A stretch of 62,267 bases of DNA from Girardia tigrina (GCA_001938485.1 MQRK01248532.1:11730-73996), one strand, 5' to 3'; positions 24,961 to 38,407 are shown, numbered from the stretch's first letter. Made by a program: numbers and translations. The notes: a model not told the origin generated them from the sequence alone.

Positions 24961-25856
24961 AGAGGCGGTGACCTTATCTCATCCTTACAAAAACAAATAA
25001 AGTGATAAACACTGAAGAAGACGCAAAAAGAATCACAAACTAGACCGAGTCAAAATTGCAGAATTGTGTTGAATTAACCAGATCGGCAAAACAATTGAGG
25101 AAGTCGACCAAAACACTTAAGATATTCCAGAAACTCAAAGTCATTTAGCAGCAGAACCTCAGACTACCTCTATTGTACTTGTGGAAAGGATCAGTGCTGA
25201 AAAAACAGGTCTGTTGTTTTAGGATCACAGGCTTATTTGCGAGTTCAGATATTTCTTTCGTAGCTATATAAAGTCCACCAATAGAGCCGAAAGCATGCAA
25301 AACAAGGAAAATACAATCAATTGGTGGTCGTTTCTTACTTGTAAGCCATAAAGATCTCAAAGACCGAAGCAATTCTACCCTGTGTCCTGTTTATCGATGG
25401 CGTGCTAGATACTCTTTAGTTTTGGTTGACTCTCTAAAGAGCCTAGAGATTCAATACCATTGAAAGTGATGGACGACTCCCTTTAGTCAATGAGTCAACA
25501 ATAGACCTTGCCCTTTATTCGAATCTTCAGAGTTTCTTCAAAAAAATATGATTTGTTTATTTTATTTAATAACTTCAACGCAGAGGTAGTCGGAAAAAAT
25601 TGATAAGAGAAAAATTTGTCTGAGTCGTTCACTGTTTTCAACTAACGATTTTTTATATTTATCAAGTTGTTAGGATTGTTTTCTTTCAACTCATCATGTT
25701 TTTTTAATATCGTGTATANNNNNNNNNNNNNNNNNNNNNNNNNNNNNNNNNNNNNNNNNNNNNNNNNNNNNNNNNNNNNNNNNNNNNNNNNNNNNNNNNN
25801 NNNNNNNNNNNNNNNNNNNNNNNNNNNNNNNNNNNNNNNNNNNNNNNNNNNTTTAA

Positions 25857-26255
25857 TATTTCGAAAATATAATTTGATTAAAGCTTTTTTTATATATTAT
25901 TGGACATGACATTTTTTCCATGTTTACATACATCATCATCAGCAATTTTAAAACAATTTTAATAGATACATTAACTTTAAAAGGTAAATTAGGAATTGAA
26001 TATTATTATTTATTAAAGTATTATTGAGTAATAATGGCAAAAATATTGTAATTAAAAATTTTAAGTAAAAAATAAAATATTTTTGCCATTATTACCCAAT
26101 AATACTTTAATAAATAATAATATTCAATCCCTAATTAACCTTTTAAAGTTAATGCATCTATTAAAATTGTTTTCAAATTGCTGATGATGGTGTATGTAAA
26201 CATCGAAACATGTCCAATAATTATATAAAAAAGCTTTAATCAAATTATATTTTCG

Positions 26256-26260
<5 letters not shown>
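25857..26260. repeat. Head-to-head palindrome of two hammerhead-bearing repeats
   Basis: Arms ~25857-26047 and ~26075-26260 are imperfect reverse complements; the left hammerhead (25899-25946, minus) is disrupted at GAAA. Confidence 0.85.
26177..26218 (+). ncRNA. Minimal type I hammerhead ribozyme motif (best-preserved copy)
   Basis: ATTG-CTGATGA-T-GGTGT(ATGTAA)ACATC-GAAA-CATG-TC-CAAT; stem I ATTG/CAAT, GUC cleavage triplet. Confidence 0.82.
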
Positions 26261-26304
<44 letters not shown>

Positions 26305-26354
26305 NNNNNNNNNNNNNNNNNNNNNNNNNNNNNNNNNNNNNNNNNNNNNNNNNN

Positions 26355-26385
<31 letters not shown>

Positions 26386-27605
26386 CCATAAAAATTACAA
26401 TTACAAAAAACGTAAATATGATTATAAAAAATAAGTACATAATCTACAGAAACATTTCTTTTTGAATATTATTCGTACCAGCAGGATTTATAAAATCTTT
26501 TTCTACAATAAACGATTTTTCTCAACATAAAAAAATAATTTTAGAATTTATTAACTATATTTCATTAATTTTCATGAAGACTTTTTTAATTAATTTAACA
26601 AATGTGTCAATTAAATTTTTAAAAAAAATTATTAAATCGAATTTATTAAAAGCCTTTAACTTAAATGATGTGAAAATCGATTTTCGATCCCTAGATCTGA
26701 CAAAAAGTTGACTGGAAATAGATAGTGATATGAGAGTCTGTTTTCTTGAAAGATACGCCAGCCAGCAACTGCCAAATATAGACCGACTGTCTGATTTGGA
26801 TTGCTTATGAGGACATTAAGAAATGAAGTATTTATAATAGAAATTAGCAAATAATTATTTCCAAAAATTAGTGTAAAAAAATTAGTGTCTTGATACATAT
26901 ATGATTACAAGTTGAAATTAGAAAGATTTGTTAAGCGTTCATTTATTTTACAATTAATATTTTATAAAAATCAAGCTGTGTTAATAGCAATGGATAATTT
27001 GCCAATTGAATGGATTTTTCCCTAACTGAAAATTGCCAATTAATGATGTTTCTCTGTTATTTAAAAAAAATTTCAAGTTTTTTTGCCATTCTATAAAAAG
27101 ATAATTATTTGTAGAGAAATTTTCTTTTGCTATAATATATATATATATATACTTAAATGGTTGTGAAATAATGATAATCAAATATTTCCTTTAGGAATGT
27201 CGAAATAATATTCGATTATGATAAATACTTTTTCTTTTAACCGATGAAAGTGCACTTCAGATTTACCATTTTTATTTGATTAAATGTTTTATTAAAATTT
27301 CCGAGCGGTTTTATAAAGAATTTCTGTGAAGTCGGATAAGTATGAGAAGAGATTCTGTTATTTGAAGGGCATCACGTCATTTTAAAGTGAAATGTTGTCT
27401 TAATTTTCATTTTAATACTGACAGTTTATAATTACTGAAGACAGTTTTAAATGTAGAAGGAATTGTATCAATAATAAATTTGAAAATTTTTAATATTTTT
27501 TTATAAAAAATCGAATTCATAAATTTTTTTAGTTAGAAATATAAAAAGCATGTTAAGTATATTTCTATTCAGAGTAATACAAAAGACATCCAAATATAAA
27601 TCATG

Positions 27606-28736
27606 CAGTGGAACTCGGATATCTCGAATTCGATGGAGAACGAAAAAAAATCGAGATGTCCGAGGTTGTAATTAAATTTACCGTTGACGAGAATCTCATG
27701 CTGTTTTAATTCAGAAATTCTCACTAGACATTAATGGAATCAATCCCCCAGATTAAAAAAAACCCTAATTCACATTTTAAAAAACTGTTGCTCTTATTGA
27801 AAATAAAACGCAAGGAGAATTAATGGATCATAAGCATGGAATAATGTGCAATACATACACTACAGTATATTACTGGCATAGCAGAAACAGAGATTTACAA
27901 AAGAAGTCTGTTATGAGAGTCTGTGTTTTCTTTCCCTAAGGTGAGTTAGCATTGCGATTTCGTCGGTTAAAACTCATCATTGTGCTTTGCCCATTTCTGA
28001 AGCAGCATTATTGACTCGAAGATTTATTTTGTGGAAGGAAGAGGTGGTTCAATGGATTCCTCATCGTCAATTTCAGATAAATGAGACTCGTCATCCCCTT
28101 TAGTCAAAACGATTATCGTGATGACTTTGTCTGTCATTAAACCTGCGACTGGCACCTCATCATCGACAACAGCATATTCAGAAAAGCTCAAGGAACTAGA
28201 AATTTGAAAATGAGATCGCATCTTTTCGAAACTTTTCTCTACATTTTTAACCACCGTATCAACGTGAGTATTTAATATACTTGAACGCCTGCAGAGGGCC
28301 AAAACCGCAATATCTGAAGCAATTTTGAATAATACATGCAGATATGCTGTCCCATAATTGCTTCAAAGAAAAGAGACAGTTAAGTAGATTGAAGCATAAT
28401 TGTTGATTCGCCTCACTGGCTGCTAATCTTCTGATAAGAACTTTCTTTCTGTATTGATGTGCAAAATAAGAAAAAACATTGTTCCACATAAATTTGTTTG
28501 AAAAATAGTTAATTGTTATATTAATAAATATTTTATATTATGAACATATCGTTGATCATGAATCCAACACAGACTTAACCACTATTTTTAAAACAAATAC
28601 ATTTAAATTATAAAAATTCGAGATATACAAGTTTTCGAAATAGCCGACACAATGATAAAGAAACAATATAAGAAAAATTTGGGACCACAAAATGTTTTCG
28701 AGATAACCGTGTTTTCTAGATAACCGAGTTCCACTG
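27606..28736 (-). mobile_element. Internally deleted pogo/Tigger-like DNA transposon
   Basis: TIRs CAGTGGAACTCGG(A/T)TATCT; C-terminal transposase remnants (WDSISACIIQNCFRYCGF, acidic tail). Confidence 0.85.
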
Positions 28737-29751
28737 TATATAATTCATTAATATTAACTTGAAATATATTAATATTAATTTGAAATGCTGTTAGTATTAA
28801 TTTGAAATATAGTAAATATTATTATGAAAAACCCTGTAATTAAAATATAGTAAATATATTTGAAATATTACTGGAATAGTAGGCGTTTTTTACTTTTCAG
28901 GAATTTTTGCGATTTTTGGGGAGTGCACGTTTATTGGAATATTTACTATATGTATATAAATAAAAATAATTAAAGTAAAACAATGCTAATAACATTTATT
29001 ATAGAGTACAGGGCTGTGTTGGCAATAAATAAAGTGAAAATATTGGAACATGATAGGTTGGGTGTTAAAAGCCAAATAATAGAGTACCAGTATCCACTCA
29101 ATTGCACCTCTCATAACACAAATGTATGAAAAATTGTGAAATGTGTGAGAGATTAGATATTCAATTAATACCACACACAGTCAGTAAAGAGGTTATCAAA
29201 ATTTTATAGCAGCGTCTCCCAAACGTCCCCCTCTTCTCTACCACCTCCCCCCCCCCAAAAAAATGTCAAAATGCCCCCTGGGGGGTGATACCGCCCCCGT
29301 TGATAAACACTGCATTAGAGTATAATCCGCTTCGAAAATTACTTTTACAATCTAATGTACTTTAAAGATAAATTGAAATGCTCCTTCATTGACCCAAGAA
29401 AAGGAAAGTTTCTCGGTCGTAAAACAATGGCATAAACTGGCTATGCATTATCACCTTCATTATTAACACCGAACGGGAACATTCGTGCCCAGCTAATAAA
29501 AATGGCTGTAAAAGTAAAGACATTACATTTAGCTATGTTTCGTTGATAAGGTGTGTACTCTGAAGCTTCAGAACACATACGGAACATGTTTTGTTTCTCT
29601 GCCACCAAGCATTATGAAAAATTATGAAAATTATGGAAAATTCATATTACATAATTCTCGGCATTAATGGGTTAATCTTTTAGTTCTATCACTATAAAGC
29701 GGTATTGATTATTTTAATTAAATTTTTAGTATAAAATAAATATATACTATA

Positions 29752-31239
29752 CTACTGGACAAAATATTTGCAATTACATTTTCGTGCATTTTTAAAAGTT
29801 TTAGGTAAATTAGTTCTTTTTTAAACTAAAGTCAACCTATTGATGTATTATAATATACATTGACACATTTGTTTGNTTTAATAGTTTATTAGATAATAAT
29901 GAATTTGTGTATTTTTGTAATGTTTTTTTGGCCACATTTTTGCACTCATTTAATTTTTTTATTAGTAATAAAAATAAAACTAAGTAACATTTATTATACG
30001 CAATAATGCACCATCATTCTTTAATAATAGACACACATTTTCTTTAAAATGTCTATATAAGTTTGATAAAATACCAAACTCTTCATCATTGATTTTATCC
30101 ACTTCATGACAAATTCCAGACCATAGTGACTCTTTGCCATCAAATTGTGGACCATTATATAATCTCTGCTTAATAATACTCCAGACTTTCTCTATAGGAG
30201 ATAAGTCAGAGCTATGAGCTGGCCAGGGTAATATGTCTACTTTTTCAGCAGTAAGCATCTCAATGGTTTTCTTGCTTGTGTGCGCACGCGCGTTGTCTTG
30301 TTGGAATAAAAATGAATCTATTTCATTCTTTANCAACGGAAATATGTCGTCCTTCAACATATCACAATAGGAATTAGAATTAATGGTGCCTTCAACTCTT
30401 CTAACAAGCAATGGTCCATCACGGCTAATGCAACCCCAAATCATTATCGAGCCACAACCAAACGGTCGTTTTGCACGCTGTGTGTTATTATCTTTGCTCC
30501 ATGACATAAAGTTATCGTTGCCGTCGAGAGAAAAGCGGCACTCATCAGAAAAAACATTTTTGTCAAAATCGACATTTTCAATAATCCATGACCGCACTAT
30601 TTCTACTCTTTTGGCCTTCTGATTGTCTGCCAATTGTATCCTTTGACATCTCCTACGATAACTCAATCCCATTGAACAAATACGCCTTCGTATCGTGCGG
30701 GTGGACACATTGTTGGACAATATATTGCCAATTGCCACTGATGTCACTTTTTTATGACCCTTTTCTAAAGACACTATAGCTTTTTTAATTTCATTGTTTA
30801 TTTTATCTTTCTTCNNNNNNNNNNNCCTTGGAGGATTAAAACCTCTTGCACCACTTGCGACACTATAAATCGTCCTCAGGCTAACATTTAGGGTCTCAGC
30901 TATGACCTTTTTGGAGGTTCCTTTCAATAAATAATTTTTAATTATATCAATTTTTTCAACGCTTAGCGTCATTCTAAATATCTAAAAATAATATATCTAT
31001 CAAAAGAACATTAAATAATTAATTACAAAACATTAAAATATAGTAATGCAAAAATATGGCCAAAAAAACATTACAAAAATACGCAAATTCATTATTATTT
31101 ATTGAACTACTAAAACAAACAAATGTGTCAATATATATTATAATACATCAATAGGTTGACTTTAGTTTAAAAAAGAATTAGTTTACCTAAAACTTTTAAA
31201 AATGCACCAAAATGTAATTGCAAATATTTTGTCCAGTAG
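29752..31239 (-). mobile_element. Full-length Tc1-family transposon with ~195-bp TIRs
   Basis: TIRs begin CTACTGGACAAAATATTTGCAATT; TA flanks on both sides. Confidence 0.95.
29980..30972 (-). CDS. Tc1 DD34E transposase, apparently uninterrupted (330 aa)
   Basis: FSDE, FQQDNA and DLSPIE with 34 residues between the second D and the E; a few N bases. Confidence 0.9.
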   Translation of the reverse strand: MTLSVEKIDIIKNYLLKGTSKKVIAETLNVSLRTIYSVASGARGFNPPRXXXXKKDKINNEIKKAIVSLEKGHKKVTSVAIGNILSNNVSTRTIRRRICSMGLSYRRRCQRIQLADNQKAKRVEIVRSWIIENVDFDKNVFSDECRFSLDGNDNFMSWSKDNNTQRAKRPFGCGSIMIWGCISRDGPLLVRRVEGTINSNSYCDMLKDDIFPLXKNEIDSFLFQQDNARAHTSKKTIEMLTAEKVDILPWPAHSSDLSPIEKVWSIIKQRLYNGPQFDGKESLWSGICHEVDKINDEEFGILSNLYRHFKENVCLLLKNDGALLRIINVT

Positions 31240-31951
31240 TATATAAATCATTTAATATACAAAACATGTTATTTTTTAATATTTTTATATTTTTATGTAC
31301 ATCTACAGTCAATTTAATCTTATGCATCATTACTTATATATAATTAACTTATTAATTAATAATATTAGGTAACTAGGTTTTGTTATAATAGAAATCTTAT
31401 GCACAAATACAAACTTAAAACACTTTGATAATTTTAAAATGTATCCTTGTCTTTAATTTATATATGGTGATAAAATCTAGATCGATTTCGGTAGTACTGA
31501 GGGATTCTTACGTATCGAAATTCCCTTTATTTCCCATTTTCAATTTGATCACTGCTGAGCTTTTGCTTTAAGTATAAGAAACTTGATCTACTAAAGTTAA
31601 TTTACTAAAACTGAGATTATATTTTCCTTTCATTAATTTTTATTTACACAAAAACGAAATTTCACACATTCAAATAATTGTCATTTTTTAGAAAAATATA
31701 TTATTAAAAATTTTAAAAATTAAATGACATATTAATATTTTTTTAATAAATCCTTTTAGTGTTTTGAGTTATTTCTATCTAATCAAAATTTTGAAAAATA
31801 TTCTGCAGTTGATACAGACTCCTTTTTGGTTTTATTTTGGTAATTTTAACGATATGTTCTATCAATGGACGATCCACCCGATGATGTTCTGATAAGAACG
31901 AAACATAATGTGAATTGTGAAACTAATTATTATCTCCGAACTTTCTTTATA

Positions 31952-33311
31952 AGAGGTGTGTACCAAAAGTTCGCGGACTGATAAGTAATAACAAATTCAA
32001 AAAGTTTATTCCAGTTAACAAAATTGATCAATCCTCATCAGAATCGCTATTGAACTTTTCCATATAATCATCATTCAGTTTCACACACTTTTCCCATTTC
32101 TATGTCAACTTCATAATACCATTATCGAAGAAAATACACGGTGTCTCCGCAATCCACGCACTGACTGCTGTTTTCATTTCATTCAAATTCGTGAAATGAT
32201 GTCCTCGAAGGGGTTTCTTCAATGCCGAGAAAAGGGGATAATCACTCGGCGCGAGGTCCGATGAATATGGGGAGTGAGGTAAAAGTGTCCAGTCCATGAT
32301 GAGGCATGGTACTGACAGTCAAATTCACTGTAGGGGGACGTGCGTTGTCCTGTTGCAATAATGGGATGGATGACAACTTTCCCCACCGTTTGTTCTTGAG
32401 AGCTTGGCGCAAATCTTTGTCGAGCAGGTTCGTGTAGTATGCGCTGTTGATGGTGACCCCCTTTGGCAGGTAATCAATGTGAATTATCCCATCACAGTCC
32501 CAAAAGACTGTTACCATTACCTTCCCGGCTGAAGAGAGGGTCTTCGCCTTTAAAGGGGGTCTGTCAACTAGGCGGCACCATTGACGGGAATGGTCCTTGG
32601 TTTCAAGAAGATAAAACGGGAGCCACGTTTCGTCCACTGTCACAATCCGTAACCAGAACGCCTCACCGAGATCATTAACCAGTTGCAGCAGTTCTTGACA
32701 AGCAGACTTTCGATTAGCCTTCTTGTCGTTGTTGAGGAGGCGCGGCACCCACATGGCAGTCAGTTTCCTCATATGCAGCTCCTCTGACATGATGCGGTGC
32801 ACCTGACTTTTTGAGAAGCCTGTAATAGCTGCTATCTCACGGATAGTGAGACATCTGTCACCAAGAATGACTTACTCGATAACTTTCACATTTTCTTGAC
32901 ATCCGGACGTTGTTGGTCGCCCACTGCGTTCATCATCCTCCAATGATTGACGCCCTGTCTGGAATGGTTGCACCCACTTAAAGACAGTCGTTCTTCCCAT
33001 AGCGGCAATACCAAAGACGCGGTGTAAACGGTGCACAATATCTACAGTGGGAGTGTCTTCCTTCCAGAGGAAATAGATGATTGCTCGTTGAGATTTCACT
33101 GCCTCTTCCATACTAACTACAAGAGAGAAAAATGACAAATTAATACATTCGTATGTCACACACATGCCAACGGGCAGCCAATGAGAGTTCACCTCAATTA
33201 CAATTGGTTGGTTACCCCTCATGTCATCGTACACACACCACGCGTTACAGTCACGCACACACGTGACCACGCCATATTCTCCTAGTCCGTGAACTTTTCG
33301 AACACCCCTCG
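31952..33311 (-). mobile_element. Full-length mariner with disrupted transposase
   Basis: Imperfect 28-bp TIRs (CGAGGGGTGTTCGAAAAGTTCACGGACT), TA flanks; WVPR, TVDETW, QQDNA, PYSSDLAPSD across three ORFs. Confidence 0.93.
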
Positions 33312-33958
33312 TACACGAAAATTTATGGATAGGTGGTAAAAAAAATAATAAAACTAAATTTATGTTAAATTGTTGGTATTAAATGAACAATCATGCAAAT
33401 TTAACACAGACTCAAATACACCGAAACAATAAGGAGTAGTTCTCGAATCAAATTGAGACAAGAGAGAAAGAATAGAAGAGTTAATAACTTTATCACTGTC
33501 TTGTAGCGTTCTCGAGAAAAATAGATCTTAGCAAAAAACTGCTGTTCACAAAATATTTGATTAGTCTATTATGGAATAGAATCGGATTTACTTATTCAAA
33601 ATGTAATCTGAGACTCTGGAAATGATCGTTTCTTCTTCGGAGCTAGATTGCTGGTAAAAGGAGAAAAAGAAAATAAATTGCTAAATCTAATTCTGATTTT
33701 TGTACCATTTCTTTCAATCGTAATTAATCTTGCGTATAGAATAATTTGATTCTTAATTTTTTAAAACTTTAACTATGACAATATGGATCGAAAGATAGAT
33801 ATTGCCATACGATATTTAAATTATAATTTATGATATTAATAATAATTAAAATTAAGGTGTGTATAGTATTATAATAATATAATAATAAATAACTAATATA
33901 CATATAATAATTATCCTTTTATATGTGATGTAATATAATATTCAATAAACTATATCTA

Positions 33959-34012
<54 letters not shown>

Positions 34013-34701
34013 NNNNNNNNNNNNNNNNNNNNNNNNNNNNNNNNNNNNNNNNNNNNNNNNNNTATATATATATATATATATATATATACGATTTTACTAT
34101 TTATACATGTAATGGTCATAGTAAATACTTTAATTTATGCAAATGTTTCGAAAAATAATAAATAATTACGTACTATGGCTTACTATATCATTCCATAATT
34201 ATTTTTATATCTATATTCCAACTTTACGATATTATTGAAGCCGTCGTTCTACGAACAATTAAAAAAAATAGCCTATCCAAGAATCAAATCAAATTACCTA
34301 AAGTAATTTCCTAATCTAATATAGAATTATCTATCAAAAATTTTTAAACCAAGAAGTCAATTCCTACGAATTACAAAAAAACTATTTGCCTTTGTTATCA
34401 TTAACAAAGACGAGAACATTTTTTTATTGGACAAATTTGACAATCGAACTTGCCAAGTTACTAATTTATCTGTATTTATCTCTCATTAACCTTTTCTTGT
34501 TGTGTGATCGAAAATCGTCTTTCTTTTTAAATCTTTCCGTTTTTGGTTATTAATAATAAAAGTTACTATTTAATATTATTTATTTATAACTTGTTACAAT
34601 AAGTGAGTTTATTGATTAATTTCATAATCAACCGACTCACTTGTTATTAAAATTATTACATATTATTTTTGATCATATTACAAATCTCTAATATACTTGA
34701 T

Positions 34702-35571
34702 CAGGGTCTTCATACTACAGCCCGCGACGCAATTTTTACAAAATCAACAGCAGTTACACCATTCTCACTAGTTAGACCTTCCACTACTCGTCCAATTTTT
34801 TTTAAAATAATTATTAAATGGAATTTAATGTTATATTTTTTTATTTTTTTTCAAAATTTTCACTATAATGTAAATACAATTATAATTTTATATGTTCATA
34901 TTTTTAATAAAGTTATTATTTATATGTGTTGTGGGGATTCGAATCGCGATACAAAATGACAATTATCAAAAAATGTTTCATTTAGTGAATTTAAGATCGT
35001 TGTTTTAATAGTGTAAACAAATCACAAATTTATGTAAACGTTTCGAAAAATAATAAATGTCGTCCCTTGTATGTATTGTTTTTGAATAGTTAAAGATTTT
35101 CTATCAATGAATTCGCATGAAAATATCCGTACACGGATGAAATCGACCGTATCAATTGCCCCATAGTCTCACGATTTTTGGCGACGCATGGCGGATCCCC
35201 ATAACCTTACCGACCACGCACTCGGGGCGCATGTCGACGAACTGAGGGAACCACTAGTCTTTTCGAGTGACATCTGCGGTCCGGGAAGCCGCATCAAGCC
35301 GGGAGAGCGACCGTTACTTAATGGTGCTCCGATCGGCACCGGTCGGGTCCAATCGAATTCTGGTTGGCATTAGACCGGCCAATTCACCCTGTCAAGTGAC
35401 GATTTCCCGCTCATTGAAAAGGTGATGGTCCCCACAGCTTGATCCGGTGGCCAGGTCCTCATGTGTAATCACTGATTATGCGTCTTTAATACTATAATTT
35501 ATATATGTCACCCGCGGGACTATCTTCAAATACCCCATCCAGCCCAATTGAAAAAAGTTTGGAGAACCCTG
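34702..35571. mobile_element. Non-autonomous hAT-like element
   Basis: CAGGG...CCCTG termini; 8-bp flanks TACTTGAT / TACTTGAC (7/8 match). Confidence 0.65.
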
Positions 35572-35660
35572 TACTTGACAATTACATATCCCTACTTTCA
35601 AATCGATATAATTAAAGACGCGTACTAAATTTAAATCACAACAATGCATATTATACAATA

Positions 35661-36131
35661 CAGGTAGCCGTCGACTTACGACCACGATTGGTTCCGACAG
35701 ACCGGTCGTAACACGATTTGGTGGTAAGTTGAGTAGGCTATATGTACAGTACTATGCAACTGGTACAATTGGTTTAATATTTGCAAAACATACAAAATTA
35801 CAAAATACAGGTTTAAAAAATACAATAGGAAACATTTTTCCAATTGCAAAACATAACATATACAAATATATAGACATGTATGAAACATTATATTGACTGC
35901 TGGTGCTTGGCTGCGGATCATTGATGTCGTCATCGATGCGGGATTTAAACGGTGTTCGACAACTCATGAGGTGCCTGGAGTGTCTGCAGACCAGATCCAG
36001 TTGAAATGGTACACGCATATATGGTAGTGCTACCGGAACCTGGTATGCACTGTCGTGCGCCGTGGCTAGCGATTGTGGTCGTAAAGTCGAATGGTCGTAA
36101 GTTGCATAGGTCGTAAGTCGACGACTACCTG
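35661..36131. mobile_element. Tigger/pogo-type MITE
   Basis: TIR CAGGTAGYCGTCGACTTACGACC, TA flanks, internal GGTCGTAA sub-repeats. Confidence 0.85.
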
Positions 36132-36625
36132 TAATAAATAAATATATGAAAACAACATTCCAACGGTTCAGGAACTTAAAATACAGTAGCAAATAAATTT
36201 GTAAATATAAATTCTCAATTACCTTAAATAATAATCTCTTAGCAAAAGATATGTTTTATTTATAAATAATTTATATTTATAATTTTCATTTCCAGGTTAA
36301 TTTAATAACTGGCATTTTCTGTTTTGATAATATAATTAAATATTTAAATAAGAAATGTGAATTATATTACTAAGAAAAGAGCTGAATATATTTTCTCTGA
36401 CATTCTTCTACGTCAAATTACACATTCCTGTTTCCCAATGAGAATAACTGACACGGTATGCTTATGGATACGATTATTTACAGTTGTCATAACTTTTAAT
36501 TTTCGACTGTCATTTGGGAATGTTGAATTTGAAAAATTCATTGTAATTAAAACGAGTTAATAATTGCTTTCATAATAGAAATCTATGAAAAATTCTTTTA
36601 ATAGGAAAATAATTCATAATTTTAG

Positions 36626-36808
36626 CCTCCAAACAATTTAATGGCGGACATTCCAGATCCAGGAAAGAATACTCAATTTGAAGAACATTTAGTCGACGAA
36701 GCAAAACGACAGAAAGATGAAGAACTAGAAAAATATCGCAAACTCAGTGACCGTAGGATGAGAGATTTGCGTCAACAAGCAATAAATGACGGAATTGTTG
36801 TCGTTTAA
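36626..36808 (+). CDS. DYNC2LI1: DYNC2LI1 terminal coding exon
   Basis: ttttag|CCT...TAA; PPNNLMADIPDPGKNTQFEEHLVDEAKRQKDEELEKYRKLSDRRMRDLRQQAINDGIVVV* matches the DP.KDPQY.E..VDE.R.QKD.ELE.Y C-terminal motif. Confidence 0.9.
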   Translation, partial: PPNNLMADIPDPGKNTQFEEHLVDEAKRQKDEELEKYRKLSDRRMRDLRQQAINDGIVVV

Positions 36809-36828
36809 ATAATATATTCTTTGTTTCT

Positions 36829-36834
36829 AATAAA
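36829..36834 (+). promoter_or_regulatory. Candidate polyadenylation signal of DYNC2LI1
   Basis: AATAAA ~20 nt after the stop codon; weak because the hexamer is common in AT-rich DNA. Confidence 0.4.
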
Positions 36835-37096
36835 ATAGTTTACTTCTCTTTGATTGCATTTTTATGAGATTATATCAAGCCAAATTTCTAAAATTTATAA
36901 TGTTTTTGCATTGTCTTTCTATATATTGTCGTAATTTTTATATTTTCTAGAAAATCAAACGAAAATAAATAAAATATTAACCAATAAAATTGAACTTTAT
37001 TATTATTTTTAATAAAATAATTTCATTAAATATAATAATAATTAAATAAATTATTAAAATAAAAATTATAAAAATAAATATAATACAAATATATTA

Positions 37097-38375
37097 ATAT
37101 GGCAAAAAAGTTTTTTTCCGTTACTCCTCTGTATTTCTAATTTCTAAATGAAACAAATATAAAACAACAAATATATACTTCTACACAACAGTATATTCAC
37201 CATTACAACAAATAACATTTTCAGCATGTGTAAAAAGTTTATCAAATTCATGTGAAAGTTTTTCTCGTGAGAGATTCCTCATAATATCACTGACCGCTTG
37301 TAAGACATCTTCCTCACTTGCAAATGATGTTGTTCTTAGTGATCCTTTTAAAAATTTGAATAGCCATTTGTCACACTGATTTAAATCAGGCGAATAAGGA
37401 GCTTGCTTAATCAATTCAACATGTTTTTTCTGAAAACACTCCGTGGTAAACTTGGATGAATGTGGTCGAGGATTATCATGCTGCCAAAGAATTTCTCGCA
37501 TATTCACTCGTCGTCTGTCTTTACTAAACTTCGTAAGACTATTTTGAATGAATTCTGTATATCTTTCAGAATTGATAGCATCACCAGATTTTGTTACTTC
37601 GATGTGAAACTTACCATCAGCTGTGAATGCCAAAATAAGCATTGTTCTTCGTTCAAATTTTTTTGTTTTGAACAGCACGTGGTCGAGGAACATCTCCACT
37701 TGCCCATTTCTCGTAAGTCAGATCTCCATAATGTAGGGGAAAATGATATCCACGTTTCATCAACTGTTATCCATAGTTTCATCAAGTATTCTTTCCAATA
37801 TTTTGGCACAAGTTGCAAAAAATTTCTTGAGGATTCAATACGTTGTCGTTTGTGATCATCAGTCAGTTGATAAGGCGCCAAGATGCTCAAAATCTTCTTC
37901 CTGTTCAAATTTTCATGAAGGATTGTCCTTATTGATTCTTTGTTGACATCAAGCATTTCACTTATGTGTCTTAATGATATTTTTTCATCCTACTCAATTA
38001 GTTCCTAACTTTTTCAATCAAATCATCAGTTGTTGTTGCTGAAGGACGTCCACTTCGTGGGTGATCGTCCAACGATAGCCGCTTGCCTGAGGTAAAATCA
38101 GAGAACCAGTTTCTTATTGTGCGTTCCGTTGAGCAATCATCAGGGAAGGCATCGAACAACTTTCTATAGGTTTCAGCTGCAGTCGTTCCATTTTTCCACT
38201 CAACATATGCATATAATCGACTGTTAGATTTTGAAAACTCCATTTTTACCGACAACCTTTTAAATCTAATATGAAAAGTGATCACATGATACAAATTAAT
38301 ATATATATATATATATATATATATANNNNNNNNNNNNNNNNNNNNNNNNNNNNNNNNNNNNNNNNNNNNNNNNNN

Positions 38376-38407
<32 letters not shown>

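Noticed and set aside
26656-26898. ORF of moderate complexity (also 39653-39853, 40388-40681, 52760-53042)
   Set aside because: No recognisable motif or splice-consistent structure; likely decayed element sequence.
29210-29312. Short GC-rich hAT-like MITE
   Set aside because: TIRs imperfect and the 8-bp flanks do not match; too weak to call.
34928-34950. tRNA T-loop/B-box-like TTCGAATCCCC on the minus strand (also ~56292)
   Set aside because: No A box or cloverleaf around it.
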